This document shows, piece by piece, positions 25,951 to 38,949 of a stretch of 64,000 nt of DNA. Below the pieces are notes generated by a model. It was not told the origin of the DNA and made no database searches. It saw nothing but the letters and a program-made list of their open reading frames with translations. Position 1 is the stretch's first letter. Each line of letters opens with the position of its first letter. A program made the position numbers and the translations under genes. Source of the stretch: Squalus acanthias (taxonomy: Eukaryota); the NCBI GenBank assembly GCA_030390025.1, contig CM059425.1, positions 165,542,001 to 165,606,000 of the forward strand, read 5' to 3'.

Positions 25951-26632
25951 GGCCCAGATATTCGATCCCTACGGGTGTGTACACACTGTGTACCCACCCA
26001 TAGGGACATCGGAAATGCCGGTTTCAGTCATGCACAGCGCATGCACTGAAAACCGGCATTTCCGATCTGTCAAGAATGCTCTTGACAGATCCTCCGGCTG
26101 CCCTGGAGAAGGGCCTCTGTGGGCGGATAGTTCCGCTTTTTGGAGACCCTCTGCCCGCAGAAAACCCTTACAATTCTTACGCCTGGTAAAAGCGTATCAT
26201 TTAAAAATACTTTTAAAAAAAGGTAAGTTTATTTTTAGCCCCGTAAAAAACTTTAATTATTTTTTTCAATTTTGTTTAAAATACTTAATTTGTTGTAATT
26301 TGAAGCCATTTTAAAAATGTGATTTAAAAAAAAAAATTATTTAAAGTTTTACTATGTTTTTGGGGTGATCTCCATTCATATATTTGACAGGTCTTCCTGT
26401 CAAATGTATGAAGGGAGATTCCCTTCTGTGATTGGCTCCCCATGGCCCACGTGATCCCAGGGACGCTGCGAACTACATGCGCCTCTGGGATACGTGGGCC
26501 CTGCACACTTCAAGTTTGGAGAGACCCAGGAGCGGAAGCGTGTGCGTCCCGGGAGCCCTCAGGTAAGGGCGTAGATTTTTTCAGATTGCAGGCCTCCGTC
26601 CGCGGGAGGCCTGCGATCGGAAAATACGGGCC
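25951..26632. mobile_element. Harbinger-like MITE related to 4345-5106
   Basis: Ends GGCCCAGATATTCGATC and GATCGGAAAATACGGGCC; shared blocks acactgtgtac.caccc, aaaggtaagtttatttttagc, tttgacaggtctt..gtcaaat, ccatggcccacgtgat. Confidence 0.75.
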
Positions 26633-28429
26633 AATGTCTCTGTACTGTGTTGTTTTTTTGTTTGTTACCACACCACAACACAACTAAACACCTCAATATG
26701 GCTGCTGACAGGTCCAAAGTTTTGTGTGCCTTTTCAGAATAATATTTTGTAAATTATGGTATCAAAAATTAAATGAGACCAAAGAAATATTAAAGGAAAA
26801 ATTAATTTTCAACACTGAATTTAGCTCCAAATTGGCCTCATAGACAAACAGCCTAATTTTAGAATTTTAAACACACATATCCACTGTTCGTTAAATAAAA
26901 AGCTTAACATTAGAATCAAACCATTTCAGGGTTAAGATGATGCTGCTCATCTTGCAGTCTTATGTAACGATATAGAATGCAGCTTTTTGTTCTGGTATAC
27001 ATAACAGTCTGTTGATGCTTGCAGCCAAGCTACCAATTGAACTTAATTTAGAGTGTTTTCAAAACACCTTGGGAGATGATGTATAATAAATGATCTATAT
27101 ACAAAACCTAATTAATCAATAGAATTGTAAATTATGTATTATATTGAGATACTGTGGTTTTGGAGAAGCACAATTTGTTTTTGTCCAGAAGCTGGACCTT
27201 TTTGGTGCAGAAAGGTTTTGGTTTTGTTAGGGTAAACCTGGAAGAGTACTTCAGCCTAAGCCAGGCTAGTTGGACTTGAGAACTTTAGTTTAAATTAGTG
27301 CAAAATAAATGTTAAAAAAAATTAGAAAGATTATTTTCAGTCAAAGACTGCTAGATATTTGGAATAATCTGCCAGGCTGTCAAATAATAGAGGTAAGGAC
27401 ATTAGAGAAGTTCAATATGCAGTTGGATACTAGGTTAGTAGAGTTAGGGTATGAGACAGAAAAGCTGGATAGGCCAAATGGCATTTTCTTATCCTTGACT
27501 GTTCATATAAAATCGATAACGTTTTCTCTCATGATTTATAACCTCAATTTATAACCCTTGTCGCATTGTTACCCTGCAACCCACTGCAGATTGCGTGACA
27601 TTTAGGGGACAAAATTCGATTAGGCTGGAAACAGGTGAGGGGAGGCGCGATGCCCATTGAAAGTAGTGCAGGCAGCCCATGAAATTCGGGGTGCCTGCTC
27701 ATTACCATGACTGGAGCGCTGAGCTCAGCACTAAATGCGCTGCTGGTTGGCTCAGCGCTCAATATTCTGTGCAGTCTGCTCTCCATTTAAAGGTTGTCTG
27801 CAGAGAGCCTCTTGTCAGTGTCAAGGAGCATGGAGGAGTCCGGCTCCAACATTGCACGGGGCTTTGCACGGAGCTTGGAGCCCATGATTTCCAGGATGGG
27901 AGTGATGGCAACTCCATTAGAGACATTATGGACCCAACCATGATGCTGGGTGTGATGGCCGATGTCGCAGCTTCCATTGCAGCACATCGGAAGCAACCCA
28001 ACATCTGAGTGCTGCAGTGGAAGCTCAGACTGCTCTCATGCAGGCTCAGCTTGCTGCCACGCAAGTTCAGACTGATGCCATCATGGCTGGGTTTACAAGT
28101 GTGGAAAGAAACTTGCAGGGTCTCACATCAGTTCAGCAATCTGTGCTCCAACAGATGGCTAGGATTGCTGAGGCGCTGCCCCAGGGGAGTGGCAGTGGCT
28201 CCCTGGAGCAAGAACCTGCTGTCCTCTCTGTCAGCCAGCCAACCCACACTGCTGCCGCCCATGCCAAGGTGGTGCAGTCTACAGCCGAGCCTTCTAGGCC
28301 CAGAGCTGCTCGAGGTCGTCCTGCAAGGCCATCTGCAGTCTCCCCCACTGAAAGTCAGCAGCCTTCCACCAGCGGATGCTGTGATGTTCTGTGACAGAGG
28401 GATGGTAAGGTGGGGGAGTGTTGAGCAAC

Positions 28430-29668
28430 AGGGACCTGGAGTTTCAGTCAGGGGAACCGGAATCTGATGATGCACTCATGAACAGCCTGTCCAGAATGGG
28501 GATTTGCAGGCTGTCTCCTCCCTTCCTCCTCCTCCTTTCCCTCCTCCTCCTCTATCTCTTATTCCTCCTCCTCCTCCTGAGGTGGTCGCAGAACCTGTGG
28601 TGGCAAGGGCTGTGCCCTCATGATGGCTAAGTTGTTGAGGATGCAGCAGACCACCATGAATTAGGACACCCACTCCAGTGAGTAGTGGAGGGCTCCTCCA
28701 GAGCCATCAAGGCAGCAGAGCCATTGCTTCAGGACCCCAATGGTCTGCTAGATGAGGTTCCTCATGGCAGCATAGCTGTCATTATATGATTTCTGCCCAC
28801 GAGTGGTGGGGTTGCAGAGGGGTGTCATCAGCAAGTTGCAGAGTGGATATCTCTTGTCATTGAGCAGTCACCCTCGGGTTTGACGTGGTGGCTGGAAGAT
28901 TGCTGGCACAGTGGACTGGCGCAGGATGAAGGCATCATGACTGCTGCCAGGATATCGGGCATTCACCATCATGCTGTGCTGGGCGTGGTTGCACACCAAC
29001 TGTACATTAAGAGAGTAGTAGCCTTTGCGTTTACGGTACATCTCAGCATTGATATGCGGCAGCCGCACCATGGGGAAGCCCGATATCCTGGCAAAGCCAC
29101 ATGCACGCTTCTCCTGCTTCTCTCTGTTCATAGAGAAGGCAATGAAGTCCCTTCTCCTGGAGTACAGAGCCTCTGTGACCCCTCGGATGCAGCAATGGAC
29201 AGCGAAATGCGATATGTTAGCGATATCGCCTGGTCCAGACTGGAAGGATCCGCTGGTGAAAAAATCCAGGGCCACAGTCACATTGAGGGCCACTGGCAGC
29301 GCCATTGTCGCCCTGCTCTGAGGCTGCAGGTCTCGTTCCAAGAGGTAGCAGAGTTCTGTGACCACCTCCTTGGTGAAGCAGAGCCTCCTAATACACTGCT
29401 CCTGGCTTAGGTGCAGGTAGGGAAAGTGCTCCCTGAAGACCCTGGGTGGGTAATGCCTCCTGCTGAGATCCCTCCTCCCCCTCATACTCCTCCCTCTGCG
29501 AGAAGCTTGTCGTTGCTGCCTCTGCTCCATCTCCCTGTCATGCTGCAGCGCGAGGGGGACTTCAAGTAGAGCCCCCATAACTGGGAGCAAGTGCTGCCTC
29601 TGCTCCATCTCCCTGTCATGCTGCAGCGCGAGGGGGACTGCAAGTAGAGCCCCCTTGACTGGGAGCAA
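28430..29668 (-). pseudogene. Harbinger (HARBI1-like, DDE_Tnp_4) transposase pseudogene
   Basis: ORF 28868..29668: ALDFFTSGSFQ, RKGYYSLNVQLVC, ARYPGSSHDAFIL; continues through stops as DKRYPL..LMTP..YN..RNLI*QTIGVLKQ..CLD; the first catalytic motif (G.IDCTH) is deleted after GFPMV. Confidence 0.9.
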
Positions 29669-29671
29669 GTG
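29517..29671. repeat. 78-bp tandem duplication at the transposase 5' end
   Basis: TGCCTCTGCTCCATCTCCCTGTCATGCTGCAGCGCGAGGGGGACT... at 29517 and 29595; peptide VPLALQHDREMEQRQ appears twice. Confidence 0.9.
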
Positions 29672-30324
29672 ATGCAGTCAGAGATCTTCCTTTAAGAGCC
29701 AAGGCTTCCCCAACGCCATGCATACTTTCCCAACTTTCTAAATGTCTTACACCAGGGCACTACTCAAATAAATTGGACAGGAACCAGTACAAAAGCAAAA
29801 AGCAACTTACCTCAAAGTTGCATTGTGTCCCTTTAAATAGCGCTGCTGGGGGGCTTCCTGGTGTAGCGTGTTCAGCTGTGCGTGCTCAGGAGAGGGCATA
29901 CAGTGGAGCGGCGACGTCCAAAATGGCAGGTCGTGCGTCAAATCAGATTGATGTCACAAACTGCCTCATTTCATTTTCTTCTGCCGCACGCAAGAAATGG
30001 CCGCGCTATCGCCCTTCCCAAGATGGCGACCAGCGCGGCCCATGCCATAAGTTGATGAAAGCATGGCGAGCGCCATTTTTTTCTTCAAACGGGCTATAAC
30101 AGCCGGCGTTAAGCACAGGAATTTCGCGGCCCTTATATGTAATGCAAACTGTCCTATGTATCATCCTATGTGTAACACACCTCATTCACAAAGTAATGAG
30201 AATCATGGAAAAGCTATTTGTCTGCCTGAGTAACTTGGGAGGAAATAAATGGCCAAGGAGATGTAAAATCCTTAGCTTTGATTCTTCCTTCCATTGCTTT
30301 GTCATGTGAGTTTGGCTTTGAATT

Positions 30325-31480
30325 GTCAGCTTGTCTCAGTTAGTAACATTCTTTCCTCTAAGTCGAAAGTTTGTGGGTTCAAGCTCCACTATAGGACTTG
30401 AGTACAGAAATTAGGCTAACATTTCATTGCAGTACAGAGAGCCTGCTGTATTGTCAGGTGTTTTCTTTCAAATGAAATGTTAAACGGACGATTGCCTGCT
30501 GAGATGGATGGAAAGATCCATGATACTATTTGAAGAAGACAACAATAACCTGCATTTATATAGCGCCTTTAACATAGCAAAACATCCCAAGGTGCTTCAC
30601 AGCAGTGTTATCAAGCAAAACCTGACACCAAGCCACATAAGTAGATATTAGGACAGGTGGCCAAAAGCTTGGTCAAAGAGGTAGATTTTAAGCAGCATCT
30701 TAAAGGAGGAGAGTGAGGTAGAGAGGCAGAGAGGTTTAGGGAGAGAATTGCAGAGCTTAGGGCCTCGGCAGCTGTTGGCATGGCTGTCAATTGTTGGGAG
30801 AAAGGAGTTGGAGATGCGGAAGAGGCCAAATGTGGAGGAGCGCAGAGATCTTGGGGGGTTGTAGGGCTGGAGGAGGTTACAGAGATAGGGAGGGATGAGG
30901 CCATGGAGGGATTTGAAATAAAGGATGAGAATTTTAAAATCAAGGCAATGTAGGTCAGCGAGCACAGGGGTGTTGGGTGAACGGGACTTGGTGCGAGTTT
31001 TGGGTAAGCTCAAGTTTATGGAGTGTGGAAGATGGGAGGCCGGCCAGGAAAGCATTGGAATAGTCAATCTAGAGGTAACAAAGGCAAGGTTGAGGGTTTT
31101 AGCAGCATATGAGCTGAGGCAGGGGCAGAGATGGCCGATGTTACGGAGGTGGAAATAGGCGGTCTTGGTGATGGAGTGGATACGTGGTTGGAAGCTCATC
31201 TCAGGGTCAAATAGGAGGCCAAGGTTGCGACCAGTCTGGTTCAGTCTCAGACAGTGGCCAGGGAGAGGGATGGATTCGATGGCTGGGGAACGGTGTTTGT
31301 GCCACGGACCGAAGACAATGGCGTCAAGACCGGAGAGTTATCCTAGCTAATATTTCTCCCTTGTCCAAAAACAGATTATTTGGTCATTCATTTGCTGTTT
31401 GTGGAATCTTGCTGTGTGCATATTGGTTGCTGTGTTTGCCTACATAGCAACAGAGACCGCATTTGAAAAGTAATCCATCA
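30325..31480 (+). mobile_element. Deu-domain tRNA-derived SINE split by an L2 fragment
   Basis: A-box-like tgtctcagttagt and B-box GGTTCAAGCTCC, Deu-like core to 30540, resuming at 31330; short direct repeat AAGAC on both sides of the L2. Confidence 0.7.
30541..31325 (-). mobile_element. L2 LINE 3' fragment
   Basis: ORF 30648..31199 matches the C-terminus of the 7724..9247 ORF; L2 tail at 30541. Confidence 0.92.
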
Positions 31481-32617
31481 TTTATAAAAGTACTTTCTTC
31501 CTTTATTCTGTTCTATTCTGTCAGATATGCAACTGTCTGGTGTTCTGAGAGGCAGGCGTGTGCAGTGATGAGGTGGAGAAATCCAGCTTGTAACAGTGCA
31601 ATTTCCCATCATGGGAAGCACCCCTTTGCCTTCTTTCTGTTTGCCTGCTGATTTCATTGTGGCAAGGCATCCAAGTAAAAGTGGCCCCAGCTGGGACACA
31701 TTATTCAAAATGCTTGATTACAATTGTGTTTTGAAACCCATCTGGGTCCATTTTTTTGCAAAGCCTGGCTATAATGAAGTCAGCAGGCAAGCAGGAAACA
31801 AGCAGAACATTGTCATCCATGAGTAAAAACAATATTCAATGCTACAAGCTGGATTTCTCAGCTACACAGCTGAGCACAGTTCAATGCACACAGCAGAGGA
31901 TATGTTTTGTGAGTATGCTAATAAATTTGACCAGTTTTTTTTTTGTTTCAAAATCCCAGCAGAAATTCAGCTACCAGCTCTGCAAAATTGGACTCTCATG
32001 TGGCTAAACCTCTCCCTGTGAGACTTGACTGTATTCAGTGTTTGTTTTTACTTTTTATTTGACTAGATGAAGTCCTATATCAAGTGATCTTTATCTACAG
32101 AATGCTCGCCACACGGATAATAATGTTGTATTGATTGCAGCAAGAAGGAAAATAGTGATGCAAACTAAATACAGTCTCATCCTGTCCTAGAGGCATTATG
32201 TTCAGACCTATATATAGGTTTATGCTGTTGAAAAGGTTAAAGGGGCAGTCTAATGGCCTAGCAGTAAGCTAAGCATTCATTTATCAACCCAATAGCCATG
32301 GGTTCAAGTTGCAAGGGTACCTGTCATTGCAATCTGCCTGCCATAGTGAAATGAGTTTTATTCAGTTGAAGGTTGCACAGCTAAATGCCACATTTCATAC
32401 CAGCAGAGCATTCTATCTCAGATGGAGAAGGTGGGTGGAAAACACTCCTGCTCGGGCTTTGTAAATGCAAGTGTTTCTTTCCCTCTTCTTCAAGTATGTC
32501 TTCTCTCAGCTGATCATTAGTGCAGTCATTCAGGATATAGTGTTCAATATTGCTCCATTTTACCAGTTAAGAAAGGTCTAAAGGAGGCAAAAGAGGAGAA
32601 ATCAATGAAGGCAAAAT

Positions 32618-33370
32618 GGGGGTGAAATTACCCTAGAGGGCTATTTGGGGCGCTAAGTAAAAAATGTTTGGAAAGTTACCTTTTCAAACATTAGTTAAAT
32701 TCCCATTTTTTCTTCCAACAGGGAAGTGGAGCGCTAAATCAACCACTCCATTTGCCTCTTGGAGCGCAAGAGGCGGGGAATGTCCCGATCCGGGACGAAG
32801 TGCTCAGCAATGCCACAGGTGGCCAAGCGTGGCACTGCCACGTTGCAGGGGCCCGTCCCTGCATTAAACGGAAGGGCCCCACACTGTGAGCTCTGCAAGT
32901 TTATTTTTAGATATGTGGGCCACCGGGGAGCGGGAGTGCTGCACGATCAGCCCGGCACTCATGCAGAGTGCCAGGCTGACCGATCGTGGCATGGACACCG
33001 TGACCGGTGGCCGTAAATAAATATAGGAATTGGCAGATTTTTTTGGCCGGCCGCCCACCACACCTTTAAGTTGCGCCCCCGCGAGCGGCCGGCCTCAGTG
33101 TTCGCGACCCCTGCAGCAGTCGGTAACATCGCCCGGTGCTGCTGTGGGGTGCGATTGCAAATTTTTCTTCCTAGGCACTACTGGGGCGCTGCGCCCGGAA
33201 ATGACATCATGATCTCCGGGTGCAGAAGATCGGGGTGCTACCCGATAGCGCTGCCACTAACCTTCCGCGGAATTTTGCGGGAGACGCGGTTATCGCCTCG
33301 GGGGTGCCAAGCCATTGGCGCCCCATTAGCACCTCCCACTGGAGGCGCAAACGAGGGGAATTTCGCCCCC
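32618..33370. mobile_element. CpG-rich Harbinger-like MITE
   Basis: TIRs GGGGGTGAAATTACCCT and AGGGGAATTTCGCCCCC (15/17); TSD AAT (32615-32617, 33371-33373). Confidence 0.85.
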
Positions 33371-33864
33371 AATAATTTTAAAATCTTACCAACCAGAAGG
33401 GCAATTTTAGCTACCAGTCCAGATCTAGTATACCTTAGCAAGCACAGAACCAGTACACCCTCACTGATCCTGGTTCAGGTCCAGTACACCTTACTTAGTC
33501 CAGGCCTGCTTTATCTAACTAATTCAAGCCTATCAATGCGGCTAGTCAGGATGCATTGTTCTTCATCCAGTTGATGTCCAACATATATCAGCCCCAAATA
33601 AAAGTGCATTATTTGTTAACAGTGAAACCATCTCAAATCAATTGTAATTTCCCAGACAAAGTACTGATTTATAAGTGGGATTTAATTGTAGGCGATATCT
33701 TTATATTGATCAAATGAATAACTGAAAGAACATTTTTTGTGTGTTATTTTGTTTTGTCCGATGCCAATAAAACTCTTTATAAATCCTAAAATTTACATCG
33801 TTAACAAAGTGTACTGGAGACATCTACTGGTAGTAAAAAGAGGTTTGCATGAACAAATTTTTTT

Positions 33865-33940
33865 TGATAACACTCCTGTGAAGCGCCTTGGGATGTTTTA
33901 TTACGTTAAAGGCGCTATATAAATGTAAGTTGTTGTTGTT
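33865..33940 (+). mobile_element. L2 3'-terminal stub
   Basis: ACTCCTGTGAAGCGCCTTGGGATGTTTTATTACGTTAAAGGCGCTATATAAATGTAAG(TTG)n, matching 9292-9360. Confidence 0.85.
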
Positions 33941-35049
33941 ATTTCTAAAATTACTCCATGAGGTTCTTCATATATGTAGACCACATTTAAACAGCGAGCC
34001 CCCAGTTTTCTAACAATTTAGACTTAATGAAAAGTATGTTTTCACTTTTTCTGCATTGTACAACAGCCTAGATATTACTGTTAGTGATATCAATGGAGGA
34101 AGGCTTAACACATTCATACGACATTCCACTTGTTAACACTCAAATGTTGACTTCGGCCGGCAATATCGGATCCAAGTGTTAACCTGTTTGTTTTAATTCT
34201 AGTCTAGTATTTTCAAGCATTCCAACAACTGGCTTGGCTTCAGTTTTGTCCTTCTTGACCAGATTAGTAACCATTAGCAGTCCAATTTCAGTGAATTTCT
34301 TAAAACCAACACACAACTCAAAGAATGCCACACCAGCAAATTCTTTCAGAAAATGCAAAGCAATAAATTCATAAGGGACAATTTGAAACGACAAGCTGTG
34401 GTGAGCAGAACGCACCCATCACGCACACATTCTTGCTGGGCTGAGGTCCAAGCCATTATTTACATTCCACTGGCATGTAGCAGGTGCCAAGTCGGCACAC
34501 GGTTGCAGCTTACTGGTTGTGGGAGGGAGGAAAATCTGGGAGAAGGGGAAGGAAATCCCAGTAAAGGAGTCTCGGTGGGCCGGCAATGGGTCAGATTTTA
34601 TTTGTGAGTCCAGGAGACTCCACGAAAAAATATTTCACGTTTTCGTTTTATGAGCAGCCTCCAGTGATCCCTTTAAGATGGCTGGTTAGGCCACTCAGCA
34701 CCTGGTACAAACGGACAGAGTGTGCAGGACGCACGCACCACTCCTTTGAACCTTGAAATTGTAATTGGGGTTTTATGCATGTTATAGGACCAATTCACAT
34801 ATTACAAATGGCCTACTACCTGAAACAGATGAGTGCTTCGGTTGCCCATCTCAGGACCCTACCCAAGATGGTGGTAGCTGGAACACCAGTGTAAATGGGG
34901 CAGTAGGTGACTCAATGCCATTTTTGGCTTGTTACCACCTGCTTACGCCAGGTGAAGGGAGTTGAAATGAGCCCTACAGTGTGCATCATTTTGCTTATGG
35001 CAAGAAAATTAGGAGAATTACAGAAAAATTTTGAATATAAAAAAAACCC

Positions 35050-35455
35050 AGCAGCAGTAACAACAACTTACATAGCATTTTTAAAGTAGAAAAAAAATCA
35101 CACGGTGCTTCATAGAGGAAACAGTAAAAAGGAACAGAAGCCAAGCCATAGTGGAGAGTTCGGAGAAGTGACCAAGAGCTTGTTTGAAAAGACGGTTTTT
35201 AAGAAGGTTTTTAAAGATGGAGAGTAAAATGGAGAGGTGGAAGGGTTTAGAAAAAGAGTAGGGTTGAGGATTTGCCACCAATAGTGGGACAAAGAATGGA
35301 TGCATAGAAAGCCAGAGTTGGAGGAATTTGCAGCGATTGGGTAGAGCGAGGCAGTGGAGGGATTTAAAGATGAGGGTGGGGATTCTAAATTCAATGCGCT
35401 GGAGACCGGGAGCCAGTGTCGGTCAGTGAGCAGGGGGCAATAGGCAAGCGTGGAA
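35050..35455 (-). mobile_element. Old L2 3' fragment
   Basis: LLTDRHWLPV and FKNLLKNRLFKQALGH peptides; decayed tail aacaacttacatagc. Confidence 0.75.
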
Positions 35456-35519
35456 ATGACTAGTTTGTAATTTGTCCCTGGCTTAACCACGCTTGCCTAT
35501 TGCCCCCTGCTCACTGACC
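35421..35519. repeat. Perfect 33-bp inverted repeat with 33-nt spacer
   Basis: GGTCAGTGAGCAGGGGGCAATAGGCAAGCGTGG (35421-35453) and its exact reverse complement (35487-35519). Confidence 0.92.
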
Positions 35520-37107
35520 TCAGTGCCCATCCTTCGTTAACACCTCTGCATTGCCACCTTCCTCAATTCTTTTGTCCTCACCCATCTCAAGCCTCTTTTT
35601 CCTTTCTGCTGCATGGCCTCCACCCTGTAAAGCACTCTGAGATGTCTGTACATGAACAGTGCCATAATAAAATAAATTGGTGGTGGTGGTAGTGATGTTC
35701 TATAGTTCTTGAAAGATTAGCTAGATTTTTTTGTACTGTTCGTTATAACTTAGAATATGACTCTTGCTGATATGCGGTTTCCAATGTAAACAGCACATTC
35801 TGTATCTATGGGGTTAAAAACTGTAAATGATGTGGAGGATGGTATCCTAGTAAATGTTAGATTACATATTCAGTGCATCATTCCTGCCAGCAGAGCCAAA
35901 CAACTCTGGATTACTCTGTTTTTACAGGTTTTGTGTGCTCGAACAAAAGAATTAATTTCTACAACTATAACCTTAATTACTAAACGACTTCAGCAAAAGT
36001 AACTGGTAATTAATTTTTGTGTGGCCTTCCCAGGCTGAGAATGAGATGACAAATCATGCCCATCAGACACCTGACAGCCCTGCAGCAAAATAACGGAGGA
36101 AAGCGGAAGTTTTCTCTTTCTGTCAGGTTGCCATCAATTGGTTAATAGCGGGGGCAGATGTTATTACAGTACACAGCTTCTGCCAAGTACAAAGGTGTAC
36201 AATTCGTCTGTCAACTGCAGAAAGCGTCTTTGTGCCTTGCAGCAGACTACAAATTGAGGTCTATTAGTTGAGAGTATGCACTTATCTCTATTGCAGCTTT
36301 TGCCTGAAAAATTGGCCTGTCCTAGCCAGGAGGGACTGCAGGCTTGTGTTCGACAGTGATTGATTAGTCGCTGGAGATGCTGAAGGCAAATCTGGGATAG
36401 TTGCTTGCTGTAACCAGAAGGCACAGAGACTGAGAATATTCTGAGTAAAAGTTACACATTCCAGACAGTTTTTCAGATTTTAGCCATTACTATATGCTCT
36501 ATTATTTATTTCTGAAAGGATTTCTGGGCAATCATGTGCAGGTTATTTCTTTACAAACTTCAGTGATGATATTACTTTTGGTAATCCTCTGGTCTGATTG
36601 TTGCCATGAGTCAGGGATGTGGGGCATGCTAACACTGTCAGCACTGAAAGCTACTCCCAGCACAAAAAAATGGATCTGTCACATAGAAGCAAATATATCT
36701 AAATATCTATAAATGTATGTATATATGTGCACATAAATACAATATCTCAGATATAAGGGAGCAATTTCAAAACAATAATATTTATAATGGTTCAAAACTG
36801 TTCTTGTGCCACTCTCACAGGTTGTAGCATCAACTGAACTCTTTAATTAGATTACCACCTTGTTATAGTGATCATATATTTATTATGTTTAACCTATTGC
36901 ACCCCTTAAAATATATCAGATTGTTTTTCCTGAAGAAGTTAAAAAAGCCATAGAGATTATTTAATGCAAAAAGTTGTGTAAATGGAATAGTCTCTGCAAA
37001 ACTAATGGAGTCCTTAGGCCTAGTGGCCTTTCCATTTTATTAAAAATTCTTATGTTTTCCTTCTCAGGATTCCAAACCTCTTTTTTGCTTCATGCCTCCA
37101 ATAACCT

Positions 37108-38235
37108 GCAACAACAACAACAACAACTTGTATTTATATAGCACCTTTTAACATAGTAAAACGTCCCAAGGCGCTTCACAGGAGTGTTCTAAAACAAAAT
37201 TTGACACCGAGCCACATAAGGAGATATTAGGGCAGGTGACCAAAAGCTTGGTTAAAGAGTTGGTTTTAAGGAGCGTCTTAAAGGAGGAAAGAGAGGTAGA
37301 GAGGCAGAGAGATTTAGCGAGGGAATTCCAGAGCTTAGGGCCTTGGCAGCTGAAGGCACGGCCACCAGTGGTGGAGCGAATGAAATGATATGTTCAAGAG
37401 GCCAGAAATAGAGGAGCGCAGATATCTCAGGGGGGTTGTGGGGCTGAAGGATCTTACAGAGATAGGGAGGGGCGAGGCCATGGAGGGATTTGAAAACAAG
37501 GATGAGAATTTTAAATTCGAGGCGTTGCTTAACCGGTAGCCAATGTAGGTCAGCGAGCACATGGGTGATGGGTGACTGGGACTTGGTGCGAGTTAGGACA
37601 AGGGCAGCAGAATTTTGGATGGCCTCAAGCTTATGGAGTGTAGAACATGGGAGGCCAGCCAGGAGTGCATTGGAATAGTCAAGTTTAGAGGTAACAAAGG
37701 GATGGATGAGGGTTTCAGTAGCAGATGAGCTGAGGCAGGGATGGAGTCGGGTGATGTTCTGGAGGTGGAAATAGGCGAGCTTAGTGATAGCGTAGATATG
37801 TGGTCGGAAGCTCATCTCGGGGTCAAGGTTGCGAACAGTCTGGTTCAGCCTCAGACAGTTGCCAAGGAGAGGGTTGGAGTCGGTGGCTAGGGAACGGAGT
37901 TTGTGGCAGGGACCGAAGACAGGCTTCGGTCTTCCAAATAGTTAGTTGGAGGAAATTTCTGCTCATCCAGTACTGGATGTCGGACAAGCAGTCTGACAAT
38001 TCAGATACAGTGGAAGGGTCGAGAGAAGTGGTGGTGAGGTAGAGCTGGGTGTCGTCAGGGTACATGTGGAAACTGACGCTGTGTTTTCGGATGATGTCGC
38101 CGAGGGGCAGCATGTAGATGAGAAATAGGAGGGGGCCAAGGATGGATTCTTGGGAGACACCAGAGGTAATGATACGAGAGTGGGAAGAGAAGCCATTGCA
38201 TGTGATTCTATGGCTATGACTGGATAGATAAGAAT
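37108..38235 (-). mobile_element. L2 LINE 3' fragment
   Basis: ORFs 37252..37815 and 37823..38338 (ILGPLLFLIYMLPLG, HMYPDDTQLY); (CAA)n tail at 37108. Confidence 0.93.
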
Positions 38236-38949
38236 GGTTAACATGCAGTTCAAGATTAACTAAATGTTGCACTCTCAATATCCCCTCTAGTACCTGTGAT
38301 GCTATGGACATAAACAAGTAGGAGGTAAACACCCACATGAAGGTAAAGATACATCAATTAGACTCCTGTTTCAGGAAATAAAACACCAGCTTGATAGCAG
38401 CCAATGGCCATTAGCAACATTTGGCACAAATTTGGCTTGTAGGTTGCAATTATATATTTGGCTGGGAGTGGTGATTGTGGATGGATTCCTACCCTGCCAC
38501 ATTACTAATATCTCTTGAATTTATTTCACTTAGCTGTTGGAATAAAATCAAATGTTATAGGTAGGCCAACTGCTTCATCAGTGCAATAAATTGGATCAAT
38601 ATAAAAACATTTTCTATGCTGTTAAATTTCCCATCATTTATAACATTCAGCATAATCATTTTACTACATTCCTGTACAATGCAATTTCATTCATCAAAGG
38701 GGTGAGGAGAGTATCTTTACTTGGTCTAAATACATTCTCTTTTGTTACTGGTTAAAAATAAGTTTATATTAACCAATTTAACTTAACCTCTAAAAACTTC
38801 ACTTTTGATTCTAACCACACTTTAAAAGGTAAAATGAATTGAACCTGCACCATTTTAATTACTTTTGATTAAATATTACAAGATTTTTGAAACCTCTTAG
38901 CGTAGAAGAGTGTGTTATACGGGGAGGACCTTCGTTACTTACTACACAC

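Larger units (their letters stand above)
27605..30132. mobile_element. Decayed Harbinger/PIF transposon (transposase on -, remnant of second gene on +)
   Basis: Approximate TIRs GGGGACAAAATTC and GAATTTCGCGGCCC; transposase pseudogene inside; convergent coiled-coil/low-complexity ORF 28017..28394 at the position expected for the Myb-gene C-terminus. Confidence 0.75.

Noticed and set aside
28868..29668. Host HARBI1 gene
   Set aside because: Stops, a deleted catalytic motif and surrounding TIR-like ends indicate a transposon relic, not the domesticated gene
30325..30400. tRNA gene
   Set aside because: A/B boxes continue directly into a SINE body; no intact cloverleaf
32618..33370. CpG-island promoter
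   Set aside because: CpG richness is confined within TIRs and a TSD, so it reflects a young MITE
34067..34415. Possible terminal exon (+, LDITVSDINGGRLNTFIRHSTC*) or minus-strand ORF 34179..34415
   Set aside because: No recognisable homology and no supporting upstream exons; signals are compatible with chance
34588..34974. Further possible MITE
   Set aside because: Terminal similarity is too weak and no TSD is visible
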